Shown: one piece after another, positions 40,081 to 52,199 of the stretch
How the letters are laid out: each line of letters begins with the position of its first letter
How positions within the stretch are numbered: the first letter of the stretch is position 1
DNA from: Vicugna vicugna
Lineage: Eukaryota
NCBI GenBank assembly: GCA_013265495.1
Contig: PNXW01019480.1
Location: forward strand, 1-64,000
Direction: 5' to 3'
Length of the DNA stretch: 64,000 nucleotides
Made by a program: the position numbers and the translations under genes
The notes under the pieces: generated by a model
Seen by the model: the letters and a program-made list of their open reading frames with translations, nothing else
Told to the model about the DNA's origin: nothing
The model's database searches: none

Positions 40081-40838
40081 GAGGCTGGGAGCTGGTGGAC
40101 TGGGCCTCAGGAGAACAGAGGCTCCGGGTCCCCAGTTCCTACCACATCGTCTGGTCAGACACCACCTACAAGCGCGAATTCAGAGAAAAGAGGTTACGAA
40201 TTTCAAGAAGGCAGCATTAAACCAAAAACTCAGGGACCCATTTGCGGTGCAGGTTCAGTCCTGTGGGACTCACTACACCTGCTGCAGGCTCTGGACTCCC
40301 ACCCTGCTGTCATGTCTTACCTGTGTGCCAGTAGCTAACTTCTCTTGGGATTCAGTCTCTTCATCATCAAATGGAGGTTAAAAAAAACCCCACAAAACCT
40401 TACACGTTTTTGGTGAAACTTCAGTGAGATTTTATGTGTAAAGTGCTTAGCATATTACCTAGTACGATGCCACAATTCGTTACATGTTGAATATAATTAT
40501 TAAATTATTAACGAGACTGTAGTTGTATTACATTATAATTAACAATGAGCAGACTATTGTCTCAGAATTCGAATGATTAAATCCTCCTTTAAAATAGCAT
40601 TGAGGTGATATAAGGAGCACAACAAACAAACCTCACAATAGAGAGAACCGTCGACCACAGCAGAATAAACAGGAGAGTTCCTCCTACAGGTTTGGATGGA
40701 GTAATGTGCCCCAGACCACCCCCAGAGCTGTCGCCATCCTGAAAGCCACTCACCCACCCGCAGGTAATATCAGCAAGTTCAGAGCAAAGTGTCTGACTAT
40801 TATGAACCCATTTTGGTAAAAAATTGGTCCTGGTGAGG

Positions 40839-40887
40839 CACGTGGTTGGCAGAAGCTGGGTCAAGTACCTCGGTTGCCATGGCAACC
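40839..40887. promoter_or_regulatory. Perfect palindromic RFX X-box GGTTGCCATGGCAACC (40872-40887) with nearby E-box CACGTG (40839-40844)
   Basis: Exact match to the RFX consensus, ~120 bp upstream (minus strand) of a GG|GTGAGT donor. Confidence 0.6.
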
Positions 40888-41364
40888 AAGTATATCAAGA
40901 GCTCCATCTCTCCTAGAAAATGCAGGGAGAGGCTTTCTCTAAGAAGCAGGCCTGCAATTTACTGGGAAGTGTTGGTGCCTCTCTTCTGGGTCCTGTGCAC
41001 TTTCCACCAGGCCCGCATCCTGTCTACACACAAAAATCACCTCTTCAGGGGCCATTTTTAAGCTTCCGTGGAGCAGCAGTGCCCATGGGTCCAGGCATCT
41101 TCCACGTCCTCAGCCCAGCACACCATCCTCCTTGCCTCCACCTGTTCTTCCTTCCTCATGAGGTTGGGTGCCTTTTCTTTTCACTCATCAAAGTGCCGCT
41201 GTCTCTGTACACACTCTTTCACTGGAATTACTGCAGGGTGTGTTCCAGTCCCCCACCCCATTGACAGGGGGACCAAGTGGGGCCGTAGCTGCAGGACCAT
41301 GTCGGGGCCAACATAGGGTAAATTACAGCAGGTTTGTAGCCTGATGGGTATGAGTCAGACGTGG

Positions 41365-41911
41365 TGTAAGGCAGCGATTTCGTGTCAGTTTTCTCCAAGT
41401 CATGAGCTGGTTCTCCAAATGTTGACCTTTTCAACAGCAGTGTTGGGAGAGGAAGTCCACTATGGGCCCTGAGTGTTCCTTTGTGGTTTTGCTGGAAGGT
41501 ATGCCAGGAATTTAAAGCCCTAATCACCCTTAACCAGGGAGATTTCTCAGGGTTTTATTTGTGCTGAGCAATCCTGAAGGATGAGGTAAGGCCTCCCCCT
41601 GAGAGCAGGATTGCTTCTGCTCACTGTACCAGCGGTACAACTCCCAAGCTCAGGGTTCCCGTCCCAGATCACAACCCTCTGCCTGTGCAGGTGTCCAGGC
41701 AAGTCTACCTTCATCATCCCCGTGCGACTTTGGGCACATGGAGAGCTGATGCAAACTCGGTGCCCTGGCTACTGCTTTTGCTGCCGGTATAATGTCCTTT
41801 GTCTCTCACCCGGGAGTCTTCTGTCTTCTGCCAGGATCCGCCAATCTGTGGCAAATTAGCTTGTGAGCTTGCAAGTAGGATAAAACCTCAGACCCTCCAC
41901 AGTCCTTGACA
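41365..41911 (+). mobile_element. MER34/MER39-like ERV1 LTR
   Basis: 3' end gtcctttgtctctcacccgggagtc...gcttgcaagtaggataaaacctcagaccctccacagtccttgaca; the 5' boundary is uncertain. Confidence 0.7.
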
Positions 41912-42379
41912 CACAGATTTAAGCACATCACTCTGTTTCCCTTTGCTTTGAAGATAAAGGCCAACTTTGCTAACATGATCTTCCAGGCCCTGCATGGTCT
42001 GACCCTGCTTACCTCTCCAGGTTCCTGTGCCACTCTCCCCCAGATCTCTCTGCTCTTTAGTCATAGGAAGGAAAAATTCAGTGGCTGACATGTGGCACTT
42101 GCCTGACACTTACAAGGAGGCCTCCGTGTTGCTGATAACGGGGCCTGGTGCTCCAGCTAAGCCATGTTGTTGTCCTGTTGGACATAAGCAACCGAATCAC
42201 TCAGCCAAATCTCGATTCCCATAATAGGTCCTTTCTAACATGATCTTCCTGACACCCATGCGTGGCTCCCCACGTCCTTCATTTCTTCATTGCAGTGAGT
42301 AATAAATGCAACTTATTTAATGCCCTGTGTCTTGGTGCTCTTTGTTTAGATGGCATTAACATATACAATGTCAGTAGTC

Positions 42380-43450
42380 CTTTCAGCTTAACAAATGTGC
42401 CAATTTCTTTCCTGCCACAGGGCCTTTGCACCTACTGTTCTGTCTGCCTAGAACACTGTTCTCCTCTCCTCCTTCCCTTTGCTAATCCCTCCCTATCCTG
42501 AATTTGTCCTTGTAAATGTTACTTTCTCTAGAATTTTTTCCTGACTTCCTGAGCAAACTTTGAGTTTATATCCTGATAGCACTGTGTATTTTTTCCATTA
42601 AATGCCTTTTCATAATTTATAGTGTATATTTGTTCCTTTATATTTATTTGTATATAAATGTTGGCACCAAATCTTCCTTTCTAATAATATGCAATATCTA
42701 TCAGTTGGCTTAGTACATCGTGGGGACCAATAGTTATCATTTATTCATACAACAAACAATTTTCTACACCTACTAAAAAATAGGTAGTGTATTCTATGAT
42801 CTGGAGGTCCATAGGTGAAATAGATGAAGTCCTGGCCCTCATGCAGATCACGTTTTCATCAGGGAAGGAAATATGATAAGAATTATACAAGCCCCTCAAT
42901 ACATTTTTATTTAGAGACTCTGAGGTAGAACCCACTGTTCTAAAAGCAACGCATGCAGCAGAGAACAAAATCAATATAATATTTGTTCTCAAGACCTTAA
43001 ATTTCTTGTGTACTTATGTTTATATTAGTGTATATGTACATTTTAATAGGTATTTATGAGAATCATTATGATAAGGTTTGGCATGAAATAAAATATGATG
43101 AGGTGATAGAGAATGGAGGGGTGCTCTCTCCAGTTGATGTGACAGTCAGGAAGATCTCTCTGACATGGTGATAAGTTCTCAGAGAACAGTGGAATAAATA
43201 GGAAATGCAGTGATTGATCATCTAAACATTTGATGGTCATTGTATTCAACTTTTTTTATCAGGAAGATTGAAAGCAATAGGTGGTTGTTGAGTCGCGTAA
43301 GGGATTTATTTCTCAAGCTATTGTGAAGTGTACTGACACAGGAGTGAGGGGTGAGGGGCAAGAGTGATAACAAGAACATGAGCTAAAAGGCTATTGAAGT
43401 TATCCAGGTAAGAAATGGTGGTGACTTAGATCATGATGCTATGGCTCATG
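42380..43450. mobile_element. L2 fragments
   Basis: L2 motifs cagggcctttgcac and ggctattgaagttatccaggtaagaaatggtggtgacttaga. Confidence 0.55.
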
Positions 43451-43879
43451 TATCTGAGATGCACCCCTTATATTCATCTGCAAAATGAAACTTGTCATCC
43501 AAGTGAGAGGAATTTGTTTAACTGACAACCTCCTACTCGTTAGCTCCTTCAGAGTCTACTTTTGCTTTCCAAATGAAGTCCAAATCTTCTCTGGTGAGCC
43601 CCACCCAGTAACTGAACAAGAGAGTGGCAGCCAAGGTTGAGATTTTTGTATAAGGTATTTCTAATAAGTTTTATTTTATTTTATTTCATTTTATTTTAGT
43701 TGAAGTAGTCAATTACAATGTGTCAATATCTGATGCACAGCACAATGCCTCAGTCATGCACAGATTTTAAAATTTAGAATCCAACTCTTCCAAATCATTA
43801 ATCCATGTGGAGATGATGATGTCCATACTTTTTCACACTGTGTTATCCTTGTACCTTCAAGTGCGTCAGTGATGCAGCA

Positions 43880-46645
43880 GTTCTTTTTTTAAATTTTTTT
43901 TCTTTTTCAGTTTTATTAGGTAGAATTGTTACAATTTGACTGCACATATACAATGTATTACACGTAAATACATATACACAATATACTGCACATATTTTTA
44001 AATTTACATATATGTACTGATCATTTTTTCTAAGAACATTTAGAGCTTTAGCATTTTAAACTTACATAGTTAAGAAAGGAATAATGTCAACCACAAAATA
44101 AGAATTAATTCACAAAGACACATACATCCTGTTATGAAAAGCAATATTATTTCTAACTGCCAAGATATGGAAGCATCCTAAGTGCATATCAATAGATGAA
44201 TGGATAAAGAAGATGCAGCATATGTATGTAATCGAATACAACTCACCCATAAGAAAGAAGGATATTTTGCCATTTACAGCCCTTCATTCACTTTTTTTTT
44301 CACTTCAAAAACCAGAATTTTATAACTGGCATAAACATTTCTATTGCATCAAAAAGAACAAAATACTTAGAAGTAAACTTAACCAAAGAGGTTATCTATA
44401 CTCTGAAAACTGTAAAACTTGATGAAGGAAATTGAAGATGATACAAAGAAATAGAAAGATATCTTGTGCTCTTGGATTGGAAAAATCAACATTATCAAAA
44501 TCACTGTATGACCCAAAGCCATCTACAGATCCAATGTCACAATCCCTGTTACGACATTTTTCACAGAACTAGAACAGAAAATTCCAAAATTTATGTGGAA
44601 CCATAAAAGACTCCAAACTGCCAAAGCAATCTTTTCTAGGTCTTTTTTTTCCCTCTTTCTTCTTTTTGTTGTCTTTTCTTATGGTTTGATGACTAGAGAA
44701 GTTCCTTTAACATTTGTTGTAAAGCTGGTTTGGTGGTGCTGAATTGCTTTAGCTTTTGTTTATCAGTGAAGCTTTTGATTTCTCCATCAAGTCTGAATGA
44801 GAGCCTTGCTGTGGATAGAGTATTGTTGGTTGTAAGTTTTCCCCTCTTTCACCACTTTAAATATATCCTGTCACTCCTTTCTGGCCTGTAGAGTTTCTGC
44901 TGAAAAATCAGCTGATAGGCTTATGGGAGTTCCCTTGTATGTTGTTTGTTGCTTTTCTCTTGCTAATTTTAATATTTTCCCCTTATTCTTAATTTTTGTC
45001 AATTTGATTACTGTGTGTCTTGGTGCATTATTCTTTGGGTTGAGCTTGTATGGAATGCTCTGTGCTTCCTGGACTTGTTTCCTTTCCCAAGTTGGGGAAG
45101 TTTTCAGTGATTATCTCTCCAAAATTTTTCTTAGGATTTTTCTCCCTCTCTTCTCTTTCTGGGACCCCTATAATGCAAATATTAGTGTGCTTCATGTTGT
45201 CCCAGATTTCTCTTAAACTATCCTCATTTCTTTTCATTCTTTTTTCTGTTCTGCAGTAGTGATTTCCACTAATCTGTCTTCTAGCTTACTGATCTGTTCT
45301 TCTGCCTCATTTAGTCTATTCTTGGTTCCTTCTAGTGTGTTATTCATTTCATTGATTTTATTCTTCAATTTTGTTTAGGTATTCTTTATATTTTCCAGCT
45401 CTTTGCTAAAAACTTCACTCTGTGCATCTGTTCTCCTCTTGAGGTCTCTGAACATCTTCACCATCATCACTTTAAACTCTTTCTCAGATAAATTGCCTAT
45501 CTCCTCATCACTTATTTCTTCTTCTGGGATTTTTATCTTGTGCCTTTGCCTGGGAGATATTCCTCTGCTGCCTCATAGTGTCTATCTATCTATTTGTATT
45601 TTTAGGTAGGTTAGTTATGTTTCTTGGAGAGGTGGCCCTCTGTGAGAGACGTCCTATGTGTCCCAGCAGTGCACTCCTCTTGTCACCCAAGGGCTAGGGT
45701 CCAGCTGGTCCCAGTGTAGGGTCTGGCCTGTGTTTGTGGATTCCTTCCACAGGCTTTGGGATTGTTGTTTTCTTATTTCTAGTATCTGCCCCTGGTGCAT
45801 GAGGCTGGACTTATGCAGATTTTCTGGCAGGAGGAGGCAATGCCTGCCCACTGCTGGATGAAGCTTGGTCCTGGGCCTCTGGTGTGTAGGGCTGTGTCTA
45901 GAGGCCTTTGTGGCTTAGGAAGTCTGCTGATGGGTGGGGCTGTGTTCCCTCCCTGTATGTTGTTTGGCCTGAGGCTTCCCTACAGGCTGTTGGGTGGGGC
46001 TAGGTCTTGGTGCTAATGATCCAATCAAGATGTCAGCCTCCAGGAAAGCTCATGTAGATTAACACTCCTGGAATGCCAGCCATCAGCTTTTATGTACTGT
46101 GAGTTAGCTGCAACCATCCCCTATGTCCCTAGGAGACCCTCTAAATCCAGCAGGCAGGTCTGGCCCAGGTTCCTATGAAATCACTGCCTCTGCCCTTATA
46201 CCTTGGTGCACATAAGATTCTGTGTACACTTCCCAAGAGAGTAAAGTCTCTGTTTTCCCCAGTCCCAGGGAATTCCTGGAGCTAACTCCCACTGGCCTTC
46301 AAAATAAGGTGTCCTCGGGTCTCCTCCTCCCGATGCCAGAACCCCAGGCTGGGGAGACTGACGTGGGGCTTAGAACTCTCACTCCTGTGGGAGGGCCTCT
46401 GTAACTTAATTATTCTTCAGTCTGTGGGTCGCCCACCTGAGGGTTATGGAGCCCAATTATATCACAAGCATGACCCTCCTACCATCCTGCTGTGGTTCCC
46501 TCTTTATATTTCCTTTTGAAGATGATCTTCTTTGCTAGGTTCCAGTCTTTTTTTCAATTGTTGTCTAGCAGTCAGTTGTGGTTTCATTGTAGTCATGAGT
46601 AGAGGCAAGATTGTGGTCCTACCTTTCTGCCATCTTGACTGGAAA
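43880..46645. mobile_element. Rearranged L1 cluster: sense ORF2/3' pieces (~44070-44632) abutting an antisense ORF1 and 5' UTR (~44640-46645)
   Basis: Minus ORF 45028-45237 is L1 ORF1p-like (NEDSLREIWDNMKHTNICIIGVPEREEREK); the plus piece has ORF2 text (gctcttggattggaaaaatcaacatt). Confidence 0.8.
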
Positions 46646-46874
46646 TGGTCCCACGGTTGAGATTTTTACTGGGTGACTCCCAGCCATTGTCAGAGCCAAG
46701 TGGCTATACAAGGGCCTAACCATTTTCACTCAACATGGGATCCTCTACCAGGCAATATTTGCCCTAGAGCTCTTCTCTGTACTGAGAGAGACTTCTCCAG
46801 CTCTGTGTCATGTTCTGATGGCTCTCTCTGCTCAATTTTCCTTCTTTCCTTTCATTTTACAGGAGTTACTCCCT

Positions 46875-47330
46875 GTTGTGGTTAATTTTTTGTCCCCTGG
46901 GGGCCCAAATATTTGGTTAAATATTATTCCTGGGTGTCTCTGTGAGTGTATCTTAATGAGATTTAACAATTGAATTGGCTGACTGAGTAAAGTGGATTAC
47001 CCTGTCTGATGTTCTCTTCCAATCAGTTGAAAACCTGAATAGAACATATGGAGTAAGAAGGAATTCCTTCTGTCTGCCTGTTAAGCTGGGACATCAGCTT
47101 TTTCCAGATTTTGTACTCAACTGAAAAATCAGGTATTCTTTGGTCTCAAGCCTGTCAACTTTTAGAATGGAACTTACACCATTAGGTCTCTTGGTTCTCA
47201 AGCCTTTAAGTTCAGATTGGAATTAAATTGTCAGCCTACCTGGGTCTCCAGATTGCTGACTGCAGATCTAGGGACTTCTCATTCTACATTATTGTGTGAA
47301 CCAATTCATTCTAACAAATTTCTGGTTCTG
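46875..47330. mobile_element. MLT2-type (ERVL) LTR
   Basis: cccaaatatttggttaaatattattcctgggtgtctctgtgag...gactgagtaaagtggattaccct. Confidence 0.75.
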
Positions 47331-47818
47331 TTTATAATATAATTATAAAAAAGATAATTTTTGCTCTTCTAACTCCATCTCAGCCTCTGCTTTATGGAAA
47401 TCCCATTCTGTGGCAGAGATTAATATTGCAAGAGATGAGAAATGGACAGATTCAGGATACATTTTGAAAGTAAAGTTGGAAGGATTTGCTAATGGATCAT
47501 ATATATGCCATGTGAGACAAATATTTAGTAATATTTATTTAAATTAAATATGTGGTAAATATTACCACTCCTCATCAATTTTGAATCTGTGAAATGGGGA
47601 AATTCTGTGTAATGAGGTGTGTCATACTTCCTTGAAGTTAAGCATAGCTATGTTCATTTCTCTGATAAATGAAATATGAGGGGAAGTACAAAGTCTTACT
47701 TACTTTGGGGAGCAATTAAGAACCAATGACTGGTTCTCCATGCCTTCTTCTTCCTACTGCTATAACTGATGAAATTTGGAAATTGTAGCTTCCATCATCC
47801 TATATCCCTATATATATG

Positions 47819-47819
<1 letters not shown>

Positions 47820-47864
<45 letters not shown>

Positions 47865-48245
47865 GGAATATTACTCAGACATTAAAAAGGAAACAATGCC
47901 ATTTTCAGCAACATGGATGGGCCTAGAGATTATCACATTGAGTAAAGAAGTCAGAGAAAGACAAATATCATATAACACTTATATGTGTAATCTACAAAAA
48001 GAATGATACAAATTCTATTTACAAGCCAAAAACAGACTAAAGACATAGAAAACAAATGATGGTTACCAAAGGGGAAAGGGTGGGGAGGGATAAATTAGGG
48101 GTTAGGGATTAACAGACACACATTACTATATATAAAATAGATAACCAACAAGGACCTACTATACAGCACAGGGAACTGTATTTAATTTCTTGTAATAACA
48201 TATAATGGGACAGAATCTGAAAAGAAAAATATGTGTATATATGTA
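47820..48245 (+). mobile_element. (TA)n followed by an L1 3' end
   Basis: aatggaatattactcag...caaggacctactatacagcacagggaac. Confidence 0.8.
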
Positions 48246-51200
48246 TGTAAAAAATAATAATGCAGAGCAGTTACCATTCCTGATACATGATAAACATGTA
48301 CAATGAACAATAAATATATATGTTGATGTGTTAAACCACTGAGATTTTGGTGTGTTTTATTACAACACTCTAAATCTAGCTAAACCTGAATGAAATTGCT
48401 ACTGTTACCCAAAGTGGAGTGCTGTAGAAACAAAACCCATAAAAATCTTAAAAATATAGCATTGACTTAGCAGTCAGATGGTAGATGGCAAGAAAAAGCT
48501 CTTTGGAAGCTCAGAGGAGTTAAGAAACTTGTTTCTGTTTACACATCTGACAGATGGCAAAACTGAATTTGAATTCAATTCTGTTTGACTCCAAGGTCTA
48601 TTTCATTTACCACTCTAGCCTTTCAGTTTGGACTTTGGTGGTTGGATGGTGGTGGCCTATCTTTAATTGATATATTTATTCTTTCAGTTAATATTGATTA
48701 TTTGGCATCATGCTGAGCAGGAAGAGGAACATATAAATTAATAAGTAATTTTTCAGTTATGTTGCATTTCAGCTGACTTTGGGACTGCTGAGTGGAAAGA
48801 ATGGTCCAGTAAGAATTAATTAATTAATTCATCCATTCATCCCACAAATCAATGCTAAAAATTTATAATGTGCCCAAAACCGTTATGTTCTAGGAATACA
48901 GTGGTGAACAAATCCCCCCTTGATAATGGTATATAATTCACTTTTTGTATTTTTAGACTCTATTTTTTATATTTTATTGTTTTATTGCATTTATATTCAT
49001 CTACTTCTCTTTTTTGTACTGTTTTTGTCTAGTTTTGTAGTTAGGGTAATTCTTATGTCATAAAATGATACAGGAAGTATTCTCTCTTCTATTTTCTGGA
49101 AGAAATTGTGTAAATTAGTGCTAATTATTCTTTAAATATTTGGTAGACTTGTCCAGTGAAACCATCTTGGCATTGAGATTCTTTTTCTAGAGTTTTTTAA
49201 TTACAAATTCAATATCTTTCATGGTTGTAGGACTAATTGGATTATCAGATTATGTATATTGTCTTGGTTGAGTTTGGCAGGTTGTGATTTTTTGAGGAGT
49301 ATGTCTTTGTCTTCTAAGTTGTCAAATTTATGAGCGTAAAATTGTAGTATTCCTGATTATGTTTTATATGTAGGGTTTTTAGTGATATCTCCTATTTTAT
49401 TCCTGGTGTTAGTGATTTGTGAGTCCTCTCATTTTATTTTTCCTCTCTAACAAAATGTTTATCATTCCCTTCAATTTTCTCAAAGAACTTCCTTTTGTTC
49501 ATGCTTGCATTGTATATTTTTTCTATGTTTTCACTTTACCTGTGTCATTGAGTTTGAAGTGAGTTTCTTGTAAACAGCAGCAGACAGATTTTTTTTTGTT
49601 ATTTTGTCACAGATTCTTGAGGCTCTGATTTGTTTTGAGTCTATTTCTATGTTCAGATTGAATAGATTTTCTTGATTATGTCTCAATTCACTGATTCTCT
49701 CCTCAGTTCACTGATTCTGTCCTGTCTTCTCCACTCTACTATTGAGTTGAGCTTTCCTATTTCAGTATTATATTATTTCTTACTGAGAGTTTCTATTTTT
49801 TTCATTTGTTTTAAGGGAATTTCAAATTGCTTGTGGAAACATTTTTATGATGGCTGCTTTCAAATTCTTGCCAAGGATGTTTCAGATCCTGGGGATGAAG
49901 AGGCTTCCTAGGTGCTTGTTTTGGTGGAAACACTCTGGATCCTGCCATCCTGTTGCCTTGTGTCTCTTGTAGGGGAGGGTAGCCAAGCAGAGAAGAAATG
50001 CACTTTCCCTGGCTGCTTATTATCAGCAGGTCTCCTGATAGATGCTCCTGACCATTGCCACTGGGCTCCATTGGTGTTGATGATGGTACTTGATTCAGTT
50101 CAGGTGAGAAATGAGCCTACCTAAATAGATAACCAACAAGGACCTACTATACAGCACAGGGAACTGTATTTAATTTCTTGTAATAACATATAATGGGACA
50201 GAATCTGAAAAGAAAAATATGTGTATATATGTATGTAAAAAATAATAATGCAGAGCAGTTACCATTCCTGATACATGATAAACATGTACAATGAACAATA
50301 AATATATATGTTGATGTGTTAAACCACTGAGATTTTGGTGTGTTTTATTACAACACTCTAAATCTAGCTAAACCTGAATGAAATTGCTACTGTTACCCAA
50401 AGTGGAGTGCTGTAGAAACAAAACCCATAAAAATCTTAAAAATATAGCATTGACTTAGCAGTCAGATGGTAGATGGCAAGAAAAAGCTCTTTGGAAGCTC
50501 AGAGGAGTTAAGAAACTTGTTTCTGTTTACACATCTGACAGATGGCAAAACTGAATTTGAATTCAATTCTGTTTGACTCCAAGGTCTATTTCATTTACCA
50601 CTCTAGCCTTTCAGTTTGGACTTTGGTGGTTGGATGGTGGTGGCCTATCTTTAATTGATATATTTATTCTTTCAGTTAATATTGATTATTTGGCATCATG
50701 CTGAGCAGGAAGAGGAACATATAAATTAATAAGTAATTTTTCAGTTATGTTGCATTTCAGCTGACTTTGGGACTGCTGAGTGGAAAGAATGGTCCAGTAA
50801 GAATTAATTAATTAATTCATCCATTCATCCCACAAATCAATGCTAAAAATTTATAATGTGCCCAAAACCGTTATGTTCTAGGAATACAGTGGTGAACAAA
50901 TCCCCCCTTGATAATGGTATATAATTCACTTTTTGTATTTTTAGACTCTATTTTTTATATTTTATTGTTTTATTGCATTTATATTCATCTACTTCTCTTT
51001 TTTGTACTGTTTTTGTCTAGTTTTGTAGTTAGGGTAATTCTTATGTCATAAAATGATACAGGAAGTATTCTCTCTTCTATTTTCTGGAAGAAATTGTGTA
51101 AATTAGTGCTAATTATTCTTTAAATATTTGGTAGACTTGTCCAGTGAAACCATCTTGGCATTGAGATTCTTTTTCTAGAGTTTTTTAATTACAAATTCAA

Positions 51201-52110
51201 TATCTTTCATGGTTGTAGGACTAATTGGATTATCAGATTATGTATATTGTCTTGGTTGAGTTTGGCAGGTTGTGATTTTTTGAGGAGTATGTCTTTGTCT
51301 TCTAAGTTGTCAAATTTATGAGCGTAAAATTGTAGTATTCCTGATTATGTTTTATATGTAGGGTTTTTAGTGATATCTCCTATTTTATTCCTGGTGTTAG
51401 TGATTTGTGAGTCCTCTCATTTTATTTTTCCTCTCTAACAAAATGTTTATCATTCCCTTCAATTTTCTCAAAGAACTTCCTTTTGTTCATGCTTGCATTG
51501 TATATTTTTTCTATGTTTTCACTTTACCTGTGTCATTGAGTTTGAAGTGAGTTTCTTGTAAACAGCAGCAGACAGATTTTTTTTTGTTATTTTGTCACAG
51601 ATTCTTGAGGCTCTGATTTGTTTTGAGTCTATTTCTATGTTCAGATTGAATAGATTTTCTTGATTATGTCTCAATTCACTGATTCTCTCCTCAGTTCACT
51701 GATTCTGTCCTGTCTTCTCCACTCTACTATTGAGTTGAGCTTTCCTATTTCAGTATTATATTATTTCTTACTGAGAGTTTCTATTTTTTTCATTTGTTTT
51801 AAGGGAATTTCAAATTGCTTGTGGAAACATTTTTATGATGGCTGCTTTCAAATTCTTGCCAAGGATGTTTCAGATCCTGGGGATGAAGAGGCTTCCTAGG
51901 TGCTTGTTTTGGTGGAAACACTCTGGATCCTGCCATCCTGTTGCCTTGTGTCTCTTGTAGGGGAGGGTAGCCAAGCAGAGAAGAAATGCACTTTCCCTGG
52001 CTGCTTATTATCAGCAGGTCTCCTGATAGATGCTCCTGACCATTGCCACTGGGCTCCATTGGTGTTGATGATGGTACTTGATTCAGTTCAGGTGAGAAAT
52101 GAGCCTACCT
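48135..52110 (+). repeat. Exact head-to-tail tandem duplication, 2 x 1988 bp (48135-50122, 50123-52110)
   Basis: ORFs recur at a constant offset of 1988; junction ...gagcctacct|aaatagataacc; no differences noticed. Confidence 0.97.
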
Positions 52111-52199
52111 TGGCTTTCTGTTATTGACAGGTTGGAGTTTGGGAAATGCCAGACCTGGGTTTCCTTATTCTGTTGTGTGTGGTGGGGAGAGGGGGAGAT

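Noticed and set aside
40083..40220. Plus-strand peptide containing TTYKREF, reminiscent of microtubule-binding Mn motifs
   Set aside because: Single short match in a frame bounded by stops with no ATG; the minus-strand exon model explains the region better.
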